A DNA stretch of 64,000 nucleotides from Bacteroidota bacterium (GTDB lineage: Bacteria; Bacteroidota; Bacteroidia; Chitinophagales; LD1), in the NCBI GenBank assembly GCA_025963485.1, contig JAOQAO010000041.1, forward strand, positions 20,114 to 84,113. The letters run 5' to 3'. Made by a program: the position numbers and the translations under genes. Below the pieces are notes generated by a model. It saw only the letters and a list, made by a program, of their open reading frames with translations, ran no database searches and was not told the origin of the DNA. Positions 55,339-64,000 of the stretch are shown here, one piece after another (position 1 is the first letter of the stretch; each line of letters begins with the position of its first letter).

Positions 55339-57465
55339 TTAGAACTCCTTGCCTTCCTTTTCCATCTGCACGAGCAACGCCGGTACGGCGAAGCGGTCGC
55401 CGTATGCTGCTTGCAGTTCTTTAGCACGTGCGATGAATTTGGCGAAGCCGTAATCGTTGATGTATTGCAGTGTACCCCCCTTGAACGGTGCGAAGCCCCA
55501 GCCGAAGATAGAACCGATATTGCCATCAGCTACAGAGGTGAGCACGCCCTCCTCCATGCAGCGGACAGTTTCTATACACTGGATGAACATCATACGCTCT
55601 ATCATCGTCTTCTGGTCGAGGTCTATCTTATGAGGGAATGCCTCCGCCAGTCCCGGCCAGATAAATTTCTTTCCCTCTTTAGGGTATTCGTAAAAGCCGC
55701 CGCCAGCTGCTTTGCCCGGGCGCTTGTATGTTTCTACCATTTTATTGGCGATGCCATATGCCGGATGATCTGGCAGGTCTTTGCCTTCGGCTTTCATATC
55801 CTCTGCTGTCTGAGCGCGGATATGGACCATGAGATTGAGGCTGACCTCATCAGTGAGTGCGAGCGGCCCCACAGGCATACCGGCCTGGAGCCCTGCGCCC
55901 TCTATGGCGCGTGGATTATTTCCTTCACCCAGCATCGCCATGCCTTCGAGTACATAGGTGGCGAATACACGCGATGTGTAGAAGCCGCGTGAATCATTGA
56001 CCACGATAGGGGTTTTCTTTATTTGCTTGACGAAGTCAAATGCGCGGGCGAGTGTTTCTTCGGAAGTTTCCTTGCCGACGATGATCTCTACGAGGGGCAT
56101 ACGGTCAGCGGGAGAGAAGAAGTGTAATCCGATGAACTGCTTCGGGCGGGATGATTTCTCAGCGAGGCCTGTGATCGGGAGTGTTGATGTGTTTGATGCA
56201 AATACACCTGTTGTTTCCATTTGTGCTTCCGCCTCTGCTGTGACGATTGCTTTTATTTTCCTGTTTTCCGTGACTGCCTCTATGATGAGGTCACAGCCCG
56301 CGAGGTCCTTGGCATCAATGGTGGCTTTGATGCGATTCAGGATTTCTTCTGCTTTTTCCTTGGTCGCTTTGCCTTTGCTGACACGCTTTTTGAGCAGGTC
56401 GGCAGAGTATTGTTTGCCTTTATCAGCCACGGCCTGGTCGACATCTTTCAGTACTACTTCGAGCCCGCTCATGGCGCAAGCATAAGCGATACCACTGCCC
56501 ATCATACCAGCTCCGAGGATACCTACTTTTTTAAATGAGAATTTTTCCTTGATGGCAGGACGGGATTTACCGGCATTGAGTGCGTTGAGTTGTTTCCAGA
56601 ATACGTTGATCATATTCTTCGCGACCTGACCGGTAGCGAGATGTGCGAAGTAGCGCGACTCAATGCGCGTAGCTGTATCTATATCGACCATGGCGCCCTC
56701 CACGGCAGCGGCCATGATAGCAAGGGGAGCAGGATAGTTATTGTGTGTCTTCTTGGCGAGCATGGCAGGCGCTACGGGGAGCATAGATGCTACCTTGGGC
56801 GTGAGCGGAGAACCGCCGGGTATTTTGTAGCCGTCTACATCCCATGGCTGTTTTGCCGATTTATTGGCATTGATATAATCAAATGCTTTTTTCATCATGT
56901 CCTCTTTATCGGTAGCGAGTGCATGAATGAGGCCATCGCTTAATGCTTCTTTAGGAGAAACTTTTTTGCCTTCCGTGAGATATAGGAATGCCGGTTGCAG
57001 GCCCAGGAGCCTAACCATGCGTGTCACACCACCACCGCCGGGGAGCAATCCCAAGGTGACTTCGGGGAGGCCTATTTCGACTTTGGGTTTATCTATCACC
57101 ACGCGGTAGTGGCAGGCCAGCGCCAGTTCGAAGCCCGCACCGAGAGCGGTGCCATTGATAGCAGCTACGACAGGCTTGCCTTGTGTCTCGAGCCAGCGGA
57201 GGCCGGCTTTGAGTTCTTGCGCACGATCGAAGAATAGTTTGGCATCGTTGACAGCAAACATCTCATCGATGTCCGCACCTGCGAGGAAGGTTTCCTTAGC
57301 CGAGGTGAGAATAATGCCGCGCAGGTCTTTCTCTGCCTGGAGTTTGGCGAGCGTTTCACGGAATGAAGCTCCGAATGCCATATTGATAACATTGGCGGAC
57401 CTGCCCTCGAGGTCCATGGTGAGGGTCACTATATTGTTTTCGTCCTTGCTGTATTTGAAAGCCAT
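55339..57465 (-). CDS. bifunctional enoyl-CoA hydratase / 3-hydroxyacyl-CoA dehydrogenase (FadB/FadJ-like)
   Basis: N-terminal crotonase fold (FLAGADI), a central Rossmann VGILGAGMMGSGIA, and a HFFSPA block. 708 aa. Confidence 0.88.
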   Translation of the reverse strand: MAFKYSKDENNIVTLTMDLEGRSANVINMAFGASFRETLAKLQAEKDLRGIILTSAKETFLAGADIDEMFAVNDAKLFFDRAQELKAGLRWLETQGKPVVAAINGTALGAGFELALACHYRVVIDKPKVEIGLPEVTLGLLPGGGGVTRMVRLLGLQPAFLYLTEGKKVSPKEALSDGLIHALATDKEDMMKKAFDYINANKSAKQPWDVDGYKIPGGSPLTPKVASMLPVAPAMLAKKTHNNYPAPLAIMAAAVEGAMVDIDTATRIESRYFAHLATGQVAKNMINVFWKQLNALNAGKSRPAIKEKFSFKKVGILGAGMMGSGIAYACAMSGLEVVLKDVDQAVADKGKQYSADLLKKRVSKGKATKEKAEEILNRIKATIDAKDLAGCDLIIEAVTENRKIKAIVTAEAEAQMETTGVFASNTSTLPITGLAEKSSRPKQFIGLHFFSPADRMPLVEIIVGKETSEETLARAFDFVKQIKKTPIVVNDSRGFYTSRVFATYVLEGMAMLGEGNNPRAIEGAGLQAGMPVGPLALTDEVSLNLMVHIRAQTAEDMKAEGKDLPDHPAYGIANKMVETYKRPGKAAGGGFYEYPKEGKKFIWPGLAEAFPHKIDLDQKTMIERMMFIQCIETVRCMEEGVLTSVADGNIGSIFGWGFAPFKGGTLQYINDYGFAKFIARAKELQAAYGDRFAVPALLVQMEKEGKEF

Positions 57466-57631
57466 TTTCTATTTATGATTTAGGATTTATGATCTCTGAT
57501 CGAAATGCCGTGCTAATGTGGCAATAATTGGGGAAAAAGCAAGGCTGTGGCTGGAAATTAATCCGATCTATGGACAAAAAATGCCGCTTGGGAAAGCGGC
57601 ATTTTGTAAAAAGTATGATCGTAGTAATAAA

Positions 57632-60187
57632 TTATGGACAAGTAGGGCTGGTGCCTACTGGTGCCGTCCCGAGATAAACATATGGCAGTGTATTGTCTTT
57701 CACTCCGCAGCCCGGTTGTCCAGGATTGCCCCTAGGGCAAACTCCGGCTGCACCGGCAAAGTTAGATGTACCTGCACCTCCCGGGCTACCATTAGGAATA
57801 CCTGGCATACCCAGATCACCTCCATTTCCACCGTTGCCATTATGATATGTGCTACCGAAGCTCAGGAAGCATGGTCCCCAAACAGTTTGAGCACCTCCTG
57901 TTCCGCCGGTATTAAGTGTTCCTGCATTACCTGCATTACCAGGATTGCCACCGCCAGCATTAGATCCTGCGGCACCGGGCTGTGCGCCTGCGCCGCCGCC
58001 GCCGCCTGATCCTGCACGTACGCTGAATGTACAAGGAGTGATAGAAAGGTCAGCTCCTGCAGCTCCACCGCCACCGCCACCGCCGATGACGCCTTGATTA
58101 ATAATGGTTACGCCTGATGTACTTATAGTTATAGCATTACCACCGTTACCGCCATCGCCTACTCCAGTACAGCTGGCAAAGAATCCATATCCGGCTTTGT
58201 CTCCACCAGCACCACCGGCTCCGGCGATAGTACCGTTATTGATAATAACTATACGTGAGCCGTTGGTAAAGCCTCCGGTCACCATGGATGACTGTCCCGT
58301 GGTAGCACTGCCGACGATCACACCCGCATCTACGATCACAGTATCTACTACTGCGCAGGTAGGCTGTCCTGCCAAAACAAAGAGATTAACATTTTGCACG
58401 CTTGCAGAAATATGGATCGGGGCTGGCCCGCTGATAGTGATAGTATAGATAGCTGTAGATGTACTCACTCCAACTACCGATGTAACTATGACCTGATAGG
58501 TGCCTTGTAGCGCACAGCTAGAAGTAATATCCATCGTAGTGGATCCAGGCACTGACGGATTTGGATTGGCGAAACTAACTAATATACCAGGATTGACCGG
58601 TGTGACAGAATAGCTCAGCGTTGCGTTGCCGGCACTTGCAGTACATGCGCTTGGGTTACCTATCGTAACAGTACTCGATGCTACTATACCGCCAGCCTGA
58701 GCCTGAGCTAGGGTGATGGTCGAGCTGGCAGGAGACAGCGTCACCGCGAAGTCAAACACAGTCAATGTATAAGTGAGCGTCCTGATCGTAGATCCTGACG
58801 CTGCTAATATCGTGATGGTATAAGTACCATTGGCTGCGCTAGGCAGGGCAGTCATGGTCATGATGGATGTAGTTGTCGGGATCAGGTAGTTGTTGGAGAA
58901 GTTCACCAATACACCTGCAGGTACACCAGCAGCTGACAAGATAACTGGGGAAGCTGTACCTGAAACGAGGCTCACAGTGATCGTATCTGATACGCTACCG
59001 AAATTTGATTTGAAGAGACAGTCAGTCGAGTGACTCTGAGATACAGAATAGTCAAATGAACAAACGGTCTGACCGACATTGGCCCAGCAGGTACCATTCC
59101 AAAACTGATGTACGTTGATCGTATTATTATATACCGTCAATCCTACAGTCGGGGTTGCGATGGCAGCGATTTGGCCGCTGGTAAGCGATGGGAAGAGGAC
59201 ACCTTTAGTCGTGCTATTGATATCGAGTATAGCATTGATATCTGGTGTAGGCTGATTGATACCTACTGCACCTGCAGTCGTAGCGCGGAGCACTTCGGCA
59301 TTGTTAGATTTCAAAACGAAGTCCTGTGCATCTGTGGTTCCTGCGAAGTTAGTACCTGCAGTAGTACCTGAGTTGCCCGATGTGAGCCATGCCGACTGAG
59401 GGCTGGTGACTGAGTGGAGGCCGAGGCTATCTACCACTGTCACAGTACCATCCGGATTGAAATTTACGCTTGTATTGAATGCAGGCCCGAGATTGACATT
59501 AGGTACGCAGAGGTTTTTCCAGTTGGTGCCATTATATACTACGTAGCACGAGCTATCCGTATCGTATATGATCAGGCCGGCTATCGGAGCTGCGATCAAC
59601 GCCACCTGCGACCTTGGTGCCAGGAAACCCCTTGTAGCAGATGTCAGATCGAGTACCGCGCTGGTATTGGGTGTGGTAGTGCCGATACCTACATTGAGGA
59701 GCTGGGTAGCACGCATCACTTCATTGTTATTTGTTTTCACCACCAGGTCCTGACCATCTGTAGTACCTATGAAGTTAGTACCTGCTGATGTGCCGGAGTT
59801 GCCGGTAGTGAGCCATGCCGCGAGCGTGCTGGTCAGGACACGGTTGCCGTTGCTGTCGATGACAGTGACTGTACCATCAGGATTGATGCGCACCACGTCA
59901 TTGAATGCATTAGGAGAAGTAGGGATACTTGGATTACAAAGATTTTTCCAGCTGGAGCCGTTATACATTACATAGCACAAGGTATCTGTGTCGTATATAA
60001 CGAGCCCCCTGACTGGAGCGCCGATCAGAGCCACCTGAGTCCTTGGGACGAGGAAGCCCTGAGAGGTTGATGTCAGGTCGAGCACCGCACTCGGATCGGG
60101 GTTCGGAGTGCCTATACCTACATTGTTCTGACCGTAGGAATTAAAAATTAAACATATAAGTGCAAAAACGAATAAAATCTTCTTCAT
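57632..60187 (-). CDS. large secreted protein: tail-fibre-like N-terminal repeats, Ig-like middle, glycine-rich C-terminal domain
   Basis: Signal peptide from the ATG at 60187. 2.5 copies of a 143-aa module (NVGIGTxxPxxSAVLDLTS..GFLxPR...WLTxGNSGTxAGTNFxGTTD). The last 204 aa are Gly/Asn/Ala-rich with 6 Cys. I recognise no Por-type tail. Confidence 0.7.
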   Translation of the reverse strand: MKKILFVFALICLIFNSYGQNNVGIGTPNPDPSAVLDLTSTSQGFLVPRTQVALIGAPVRGLVIYDTDTLCYVMYNGSSWKNLCNPSIPTSPNAFNDVVRINPDGTVTVIDSNGNRVLTSTLAAWLTTGNSGTSAGTNFIGTTDGQDLVVKTNNNEVMRATQLLNVGIGTTTPNTSAVLDLTSATRGFLAPRSQVALIAAPIAGLIIYDTDSSCYVVYNGTNWKNLCVPNVNLGPAFNTSVNFNPDGTVTVVDSLGLHSVTSPQSAWLTSGNSGTTAGTNFAGTTDAQDFVLKSNNAEVLRATTAGAVGINQPTPDINAILDINSTTKGVLFPSLTSGQIAAIATPTVGLTVYNNTINVHQFWNGTCWANVGQTVCSFDYSVSQSHSTDCLFKSNFGSVSDTITVSLVSGTASPVILSAAGVPAGVLVNFSNNYLIPTTTSIMTMTALPSAANGTYTITILAASGSTIRTLTYTLTVFDFAVTLSPASSTITLAQAQAGGIVASSTVTIGNPSACTASAGNATLSYSVTPVNPGILVSFANPNPSVPGSTTMDITSSCALQGTYQVIVTSVVGVSTSTAIYTITISGPAPIHISASVQNVNLFVLAGQPTCAVVDTVIVDAGVIVGSATTGQSSMVTGGFTNGSRIVIINNGTIAGAGGAGGDKAGYGFFASCTGVGDGGNGGNAITISTSGVTIINQGVIGGGGGGGAAGADLSITPCTFSVRAGSGGGGGAGAQPGAAGSNAGGGNPGNAGNAGTLNTGGTGGAQTVWGPCFLSFGSTYHNGNGGNGGDLGMPGIPNGSPGGAGTSNFAGAAGVCPRGNPGQPGCGVKDNTLPYVYLGTAPVGTSPTCP

Positions 60188-60332
60188 ATCAAGTGTTTGT
60201 TTATCCAATGAATATAGGGTTTTTAATTATTTCTTCAACATATTATCCGGAAAAAGCGCCTCTTACGATACCAAACGATGGTCGATAAAAAAAGGTAAAA
60301 TCCTGACTGTAAATCTATGACGGGTAAAGGGC

Positions 60333-61115
60333 TTAAATGGTTGTTTCACCGGAGTATACCTGCACGGCGGGACCAGTGAGCCAAATATTCGTGAAATGAA
60401 GGTCGTGGAGGTCAAATTGAACATTGAGCTGGCCGCCAAGGGTTTTTATATTGATATTAGTATCACCCGGGTCTTTGTCATAAAAGTAGGCTATCGCTGA
60501 TGCCACTACTCCGGTGCCACAGCTGAAGGTCTCATCCTCTACCCCACGCTCGTAGGTGCGGACATAGATATTGCCACGTGAAAGTTCCTCTGCGAAGTTG
60601 ACATTGATGCCACCTTCTTTATAGGTGTCGGAGTACCTGACCTCGCGGCCTTTCTCCACGACGGGATAGTGCTGTATATCTTTGACAAACCGGACAAAAT
60701 GAGGGGAACCTGTATCCAGGGTATAATGATCACCGCGATGGAGGGTGGCCGTCACATCCTGCATTTGTATGGATACAATGCCGTTTTCGAGGATCTTGCC
60801 GCGATGGGGGCCGTCTATGGCGAGAAAGGAAAACTCCTTGTCTCCAAGTCCCAGGTCGTGAGCGAACTTAACAATGCACCTGCCGCCATTGCCACACATG
60901 GTGCTCTCGCGTCCGTCGCTATTGAAATAGACCATCTCAAAATCAAAACCGTCCCGATTCTGCAGATAAATAAGTCCGTCGCCGCCAATGCCGAAACGGC
61001 GGTCGCAAAGACGGCGTATCAATGCAGTATCTTCTTTGGTGAGGCCGAGGCTACGATTGTCTATAATGACGAAATCATTGCCGGTGCCTTGATATTTATA
61101 AAAGGGGAGTTTCAT
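60333..61115 (-). CDS. dapF: diaminopimelate epimerase
   Basis: YQGTGNDFVIIDN, MCGNGGRC and FSCGTG, giving both catalytic Cys. ATG at 61115. Confidence 0.92.
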   Translation of the reverse strand: MKLPFYKYQGTGNDFVIIDNRSLGLTKEDTALIRRLCDRRFGIGGDGLIYLQNRDGFDFEMVYFNSDGRESTMCGNGGRCIVKFAHDLGLGDKEFSFLAIDGPHRGKILENGIVSIQMQDVTATLHRGDHYTLDTGSPHFVRFVKDIQHYPVVEKGREVRYSDTYKEGGINVNFAEELSRGNIYVRTYERGVEDETFSCGTGVVASAIAYFYDKDPGDTNINIKTLGGQLNVQFDLHDLHFTNIWLTGPAVQVYSGETTI

Positions 61116-61250
61116 GGAGTAGTGCAAAGGAAATCAGGAAATCTGTAATTCAGAGGAAAGTTATTTGTGTAAGGGTGTTAATACAAGTATCGCAGAGAGC
61201 ATGGAGAATATGGAGAAATACAATTGAGTCCGCCGAGGAATGCAATTGGA

Positions 61251-61724
61251 TCAGGCATTCATTTTTTTGAGTAGGGAGATCTGGGCGGAGTGGTAGATAT
61301 CGTGATGAATAACGCCGTGAAGGAGTACATACCATTTGAACTTCCTCTCCGGGACGAGTTCATCGAGTTTTTCGTCAGTGACGCTGCCAAGGTTGGAGAT
61401 AAGTTCGGCCTGGAGGGTCTCGAGTTCCTGAAGGGCAGCCTTCCAGTTAGCTTCTGTTATTTCATATTCCACCTGCCAGTCCTCCGGTGAGTTTAGTTCT
61501 ACCCGGTAGCTGGCGTTGCCTTTGAGCTGCTCTACTGTCCAGCGCCTCCATGCGCTCATGTGGCGCACATATTCATATATATTATGGGAAGCGTTTTGTG
61601 GCTTGGCAAAAGCTTTCTCCCAGGAAATGTCTTTAAGCACTTCGGACAGGTTTGTTCCGTGCCACATGGGCCCATTCCAGTTTCGCTCCAATAGTTTTGC
61701 GATGCGGTTTATTTCTGTGTTCAT
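61251..61724 (-). CDS. DinB-family (DinB_2) metal-dependent four-helix protein
   Basis: WHGTNLSEVL...NIYEYVRHMSAWR...HGVIHHDIYHSAQI pattern. Confidence 0.65.
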   Translation of the reverse strand: MNTEINRIAKLLERNWNGPMWHGTNLSEVLKDISWEKAFAKPQNASHNIYEYVRHMSAWRRWTVEQLKGNASYRVELNSPEDWQVEYEITEANWKAALQELETLQAELISNLGSVTDEKLDELVPERKFKWYVLLHGVIHHDIYHSAQISLLKKMNA

Positions 61725-61765
61725 GTGCTATAGTTATGGACACAAAAATAGGTCAAAATATTTAT

Positions 61766-63358
61766 CTATCTGGCGATAGCCATCGTCCTCACCTGCTGTA
61801 TGACGCCATTCTGAAATCGGGCATAATAAACGCCGGTTGAGTAGTTCTCATTCTCAAATGTGACACGGTAGTCGCCGGCCTTCATGTCCTGATCTATAAG
61901 ATTGCGCAGCAGGTGGCCTGAGCCGTCGAATACCTGCACGAGTGTATGGCCTCCTGCTGTAGTGAAGGTGATATTGGTGGAAGTAGTAAATGGATTAGGC
62001 GAATTGGAAATGAGGGTCACCCCAGCTTTGCTATTGATATCATGCAGGGCCGTAGTACAGTCTGTCGCATCTATCAGCGGTAGTGCCTGGAAATTTTGCA
62101 GGAGAATAACGCTGTCAATATCCGGTTTAGGTACACAGAGCCAGTCCTGAAGTATAGATGCATACACCGAACGGAAATCATATTGCATCGGGATATTGTC
62201 ATTTACTGTTGCTGCGGATGGCAGCTGCGGATTGGTGCCGAGTATGCCGGATAGCACTTTATTGCCAAAAATAAATAATGGCGCTGCTGCACCGTGATCG
62301 GTGCCCACGCTGGCATTGGACAATATACGGCGGCCAAACTCGGAGAAGGTCATCCCCAGGACGCGATCGGCACTGCCTGATGCCGTCAGGTCATCGTGGA
62401 ACCCTTTGATACAATCTGAGAGATTTTGGAGCAGGCCTGCATGTGTACCAGTGGTAGTGGCCCCGCTCACTACTTGTGAATGGTGTGTGTCAAAAGTACC
62501 GTCATTAGCCGTGCTGACCATATATATCTTGGTCTTGAGGCCACCGGAGATCAGCTTGGCTACTGCCTGGAGTGCGCCTGCCAGTTTGCTGCCGGTGGGA
62601 TACAGCGACGGGGTAGTCGACCCGGCATTGTAGGCGGTAGCGAGAACGGTCGCATACTGATTGGTCTGCTGGGCTACCTCCCTGATATAGGTCAGCTCTG
62701 TGCCCGCCGGTGTAGCGGGTGCGGAACTTTGGATGCCATTGGCAAGATTGTAGATCGACGAAGGATCAGTCACTGCCATAGCCATCGCTGCTGACGGTCC
62801 CTGAAAGACGGGTGACAAGGAAGTGCCTATCTCTATAGCGAGAGGATCTGGCATCGTCGTATTGGGATAACCGGCAGGAAAGTTTGGATACTCATAATTG
62901 AGATAACGGCCATTCCATCCTGTGGTCAGGGTCTGATTTGAGTCCTCGGCGGTCACCCAGATATCCGTGGCCTTGAAGTGCGAGAAGCTGGGATTGGGGT
63001 AACCGACAGACTGTACTATTTTGAGAAAGCCGTTATTGTACATCTGCTGGAGGCCTGTCATGGAGGGATGGAGACCGGTGACTGTCGACCCGGTGAGTGC
63101 GAGCACCTGACCCGAAGGGATCATGATATTGCTGCGAGCAGCAGAGAGTGCGCTGTATTGGTCGAGCGGTATGACAGTATTAAGCCCGTCATTGCCACCG
63201 ACTACCTGTATGATGACCAGGACGTGGTCATTGGCAGCAGCGGATGCAGCAAGTGCCGCGAGCATCGGTGATGCACCCAGTGCCTGTATGCTCATGCCAG
63301 AGAGTACCACCGGTAAAGCCGCTAAGGGCGCTGTCTTGATAAAATCTCTTCTTTTCAT
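61766..63358 (-). CDS. DUF1501-family (sulfatase-fold) protein with twin-arginine signal and T9SS C-terminal domain
   Basis: MKRRDFIKTAPLAALPVV, DUF1501 blocks (GGNDGLNTV, TDHG), and the tail SNSPNPFTTSTNITF...VYYARF. Confidence 0.75.
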   Translation of the reverse strand: MKRRDFIKTAPLAALPVVLSGMSIQALGASPMLAALAASAAANDHVLVIIQVVGGNDGLNTVIPLDQYSALSAARSNIMIPSGQVLALTGSTVTGLHPSMTGLQQMYNNGFLKIVQSVGYPNPSFSHFKATDIWVTAEDSNQTLTTGWNGRYLNYEYPNFPAGYPNTTMPDPLAIEIGTSLSPVFQGPSAAMAMAVTDPSSIYNLANGIQSSAPATPAGTELTYIREVAQQTNQYATVLATAYNAGSTTPSLYPTGSKLAGALQAVAKLISGGLKTKIYMVSTANDGTFDTHHSQVVSGATTTGTHAGLLQNLSDCIKGFHDDLTASGSADRVLGMTFSEFGRRILSNASVGTDHGAAAPLFIFGNKVLSGILGTNPQLPSAATVNDNIPMQYDFRSVYASILQDWLCVPKPDIDSVILLQNFQALPLIDATDCTTALHDINSKAGVTLISNSPNPFTTSTNITFTTAGGHTLVQVFDGSGHLLRNLIDQDMKAGDYRVTFENENYSTGVYYARFQNGVIQQVRTMAIAR

Positions 63359-63400
63359 CCTGATAGTTTTATGAGATCAACTGATCGCTTATTCTGTTTT

Positions 63401-64000
63401 TTACTGCAATTGATATTCGGGCAGGTCCATGATATACTGGTAAAAGGGCTTCAATCTGGTGGTTACTGTGTTTTGGTAACCGGTATTACCAGGAGTGCCT
63501 GCATAATCGGTCCATGCTGTGGTCCAATAGGAGTTGCTGCTCTGGCCGGAGAGCAAAATGCTTTTGAGGTAATCTTTCACCGTCTGATCGACATCGATGC
63601 TTAGCAATAAACTGAGCACATCATCTACCAGTGCGACCGGGTCATCGGGTGTCGGCATGGTGGCGGTGAAGGCAAGCGTATCTATGATTATCTTTTTACC
63701 GGCCCGTGTGTACCCGGTATTGATCATCATGTCGGCGAAGGCATTCCTGTTAGGCAGTGTATTTGAGTTGATCCACAGTTCATGATATTCGGGTATCTGA
63801 TAGTAGGCCGGCCAGCCGGCTACATTGGGAGGATTGAGCAGGTCCTGTGCGCACAGGGCGCTGAAACCTTCCAAATAGCCCCACATATAATACTGTGTAG
63901 CGAGGTCTGTATTGTCAGGAAATACTACGCCCATCTGACGCATCATCCCGACGAAGAAATCTACAGGCGGCTTGATAAAGCACCCCATATTGAGCGTGTC
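63401..64000 (-). CDS. DUF1800-family protein (C-terminal part; continues past the window)
   Basis: The ORF is open to the window edge in frame. It sits upstream of and co-directional with DUF1501, which is the usual DUF1800-DUF1501 pairing. Confidence 0.55.
   Translation of the reverse strand, partial: DTLNMGCFIKPPVDFFVGMMRQMGVVFPDNTDLATQYYMWGYLEGFSALCAQDLLNPPNVAGWPAYYQIPEYHELWINSNTLPNRNAFADMMINTGYTRAGKKIIIDTLAFTATMPTPDDPVALVDDVLSLLLSIDVDQTVKDYLKSILLSGQSSNSYWTTAWTDYAGTPGNTGYQNTVTTRLKPFYQYIMDLPEYQLQ

Noticed and set aside
57518-58448. Plus-strand ORFs of 163 aa and 114 aa, Ala/Pro/Cys-rich.
   Set aside because: They are antisense to the Gly-rich (GGN codon) tail of the 858-aa gene. The composition is a mirror artefact.
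1-64000. Searched the AT-rich islets for flanking integrases, transposases, tRNA-adjacent att sites or direct repeats.
   Set aside because: None was found by eye. The only tRNA (55204-55278) is not adjacent to any islet, so I make no mobile-element call.

Overview
This 64-kb chromosomal segment reads as Bacteroidota. Five secreted proteins end in T9SS (type IX secretion) Por-type C-terminal sorting domains, and a GldN homologue is present. TAnnTTTG -7 boxes precede rplU, rpsL and a tRNA, and the order is rpsL-rpsG-fusA-rpsJ-rplC without tuf.

Most of the window is housekeeping:
- Translation: rplU-rpmA, the str/S10 block, one tRNA.
- Lipid and envelope: psd, cdsA, a GT4/FkbM/flippase patch, an ArnT-like glycosyltransferase, OmpA-family lipoproteins.
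- Metabolism and modification: dusB, queE, dapF, an ALDH7-type dehydrogenase, a FadB/FadJ-like enzyme, GH31, an SDR.
- Large T9SS cargo: a 9x tandem-repeat protein, a Kelch/PKD protein, two M43 metalloproteases, DUF1501.

Three short, visibly AT-rich islets interrupt this background:
1. 1-2700: a dGTPase-family HD hydrolase whose stop codon abuts the start of a minimal CCA/poly(A)-polymerase-head nucleotidyltransferase. This is my best candidate for an undescribed defence-type module.
2. 12790-13950: a HEPN protein abutting an unrecognisable 231-aa partner.
3. 40650-42300: an orphan TPR protein next to the rpsL promoter.

Other notable items:
- A 752-aa fusion of an AttH/CrtC-like domain to a polyprenyl synthase, followed by a palindromic operator-like repeat that also occurs upstream of rplU.
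- An MbnP-like five-gene envelope cluster.
- An S10 operon that stops after rplC.
- A tRNA-Val whose anticodon loop reads C at position 33.
- Several families of GC-rich intergenic hairpin repeats.

No CRISPR array, rRNA, integrase or intact transposase was seen. All calls come from reading motifs in the supplied translations and the DNA. No homology search or GC computation was possible.
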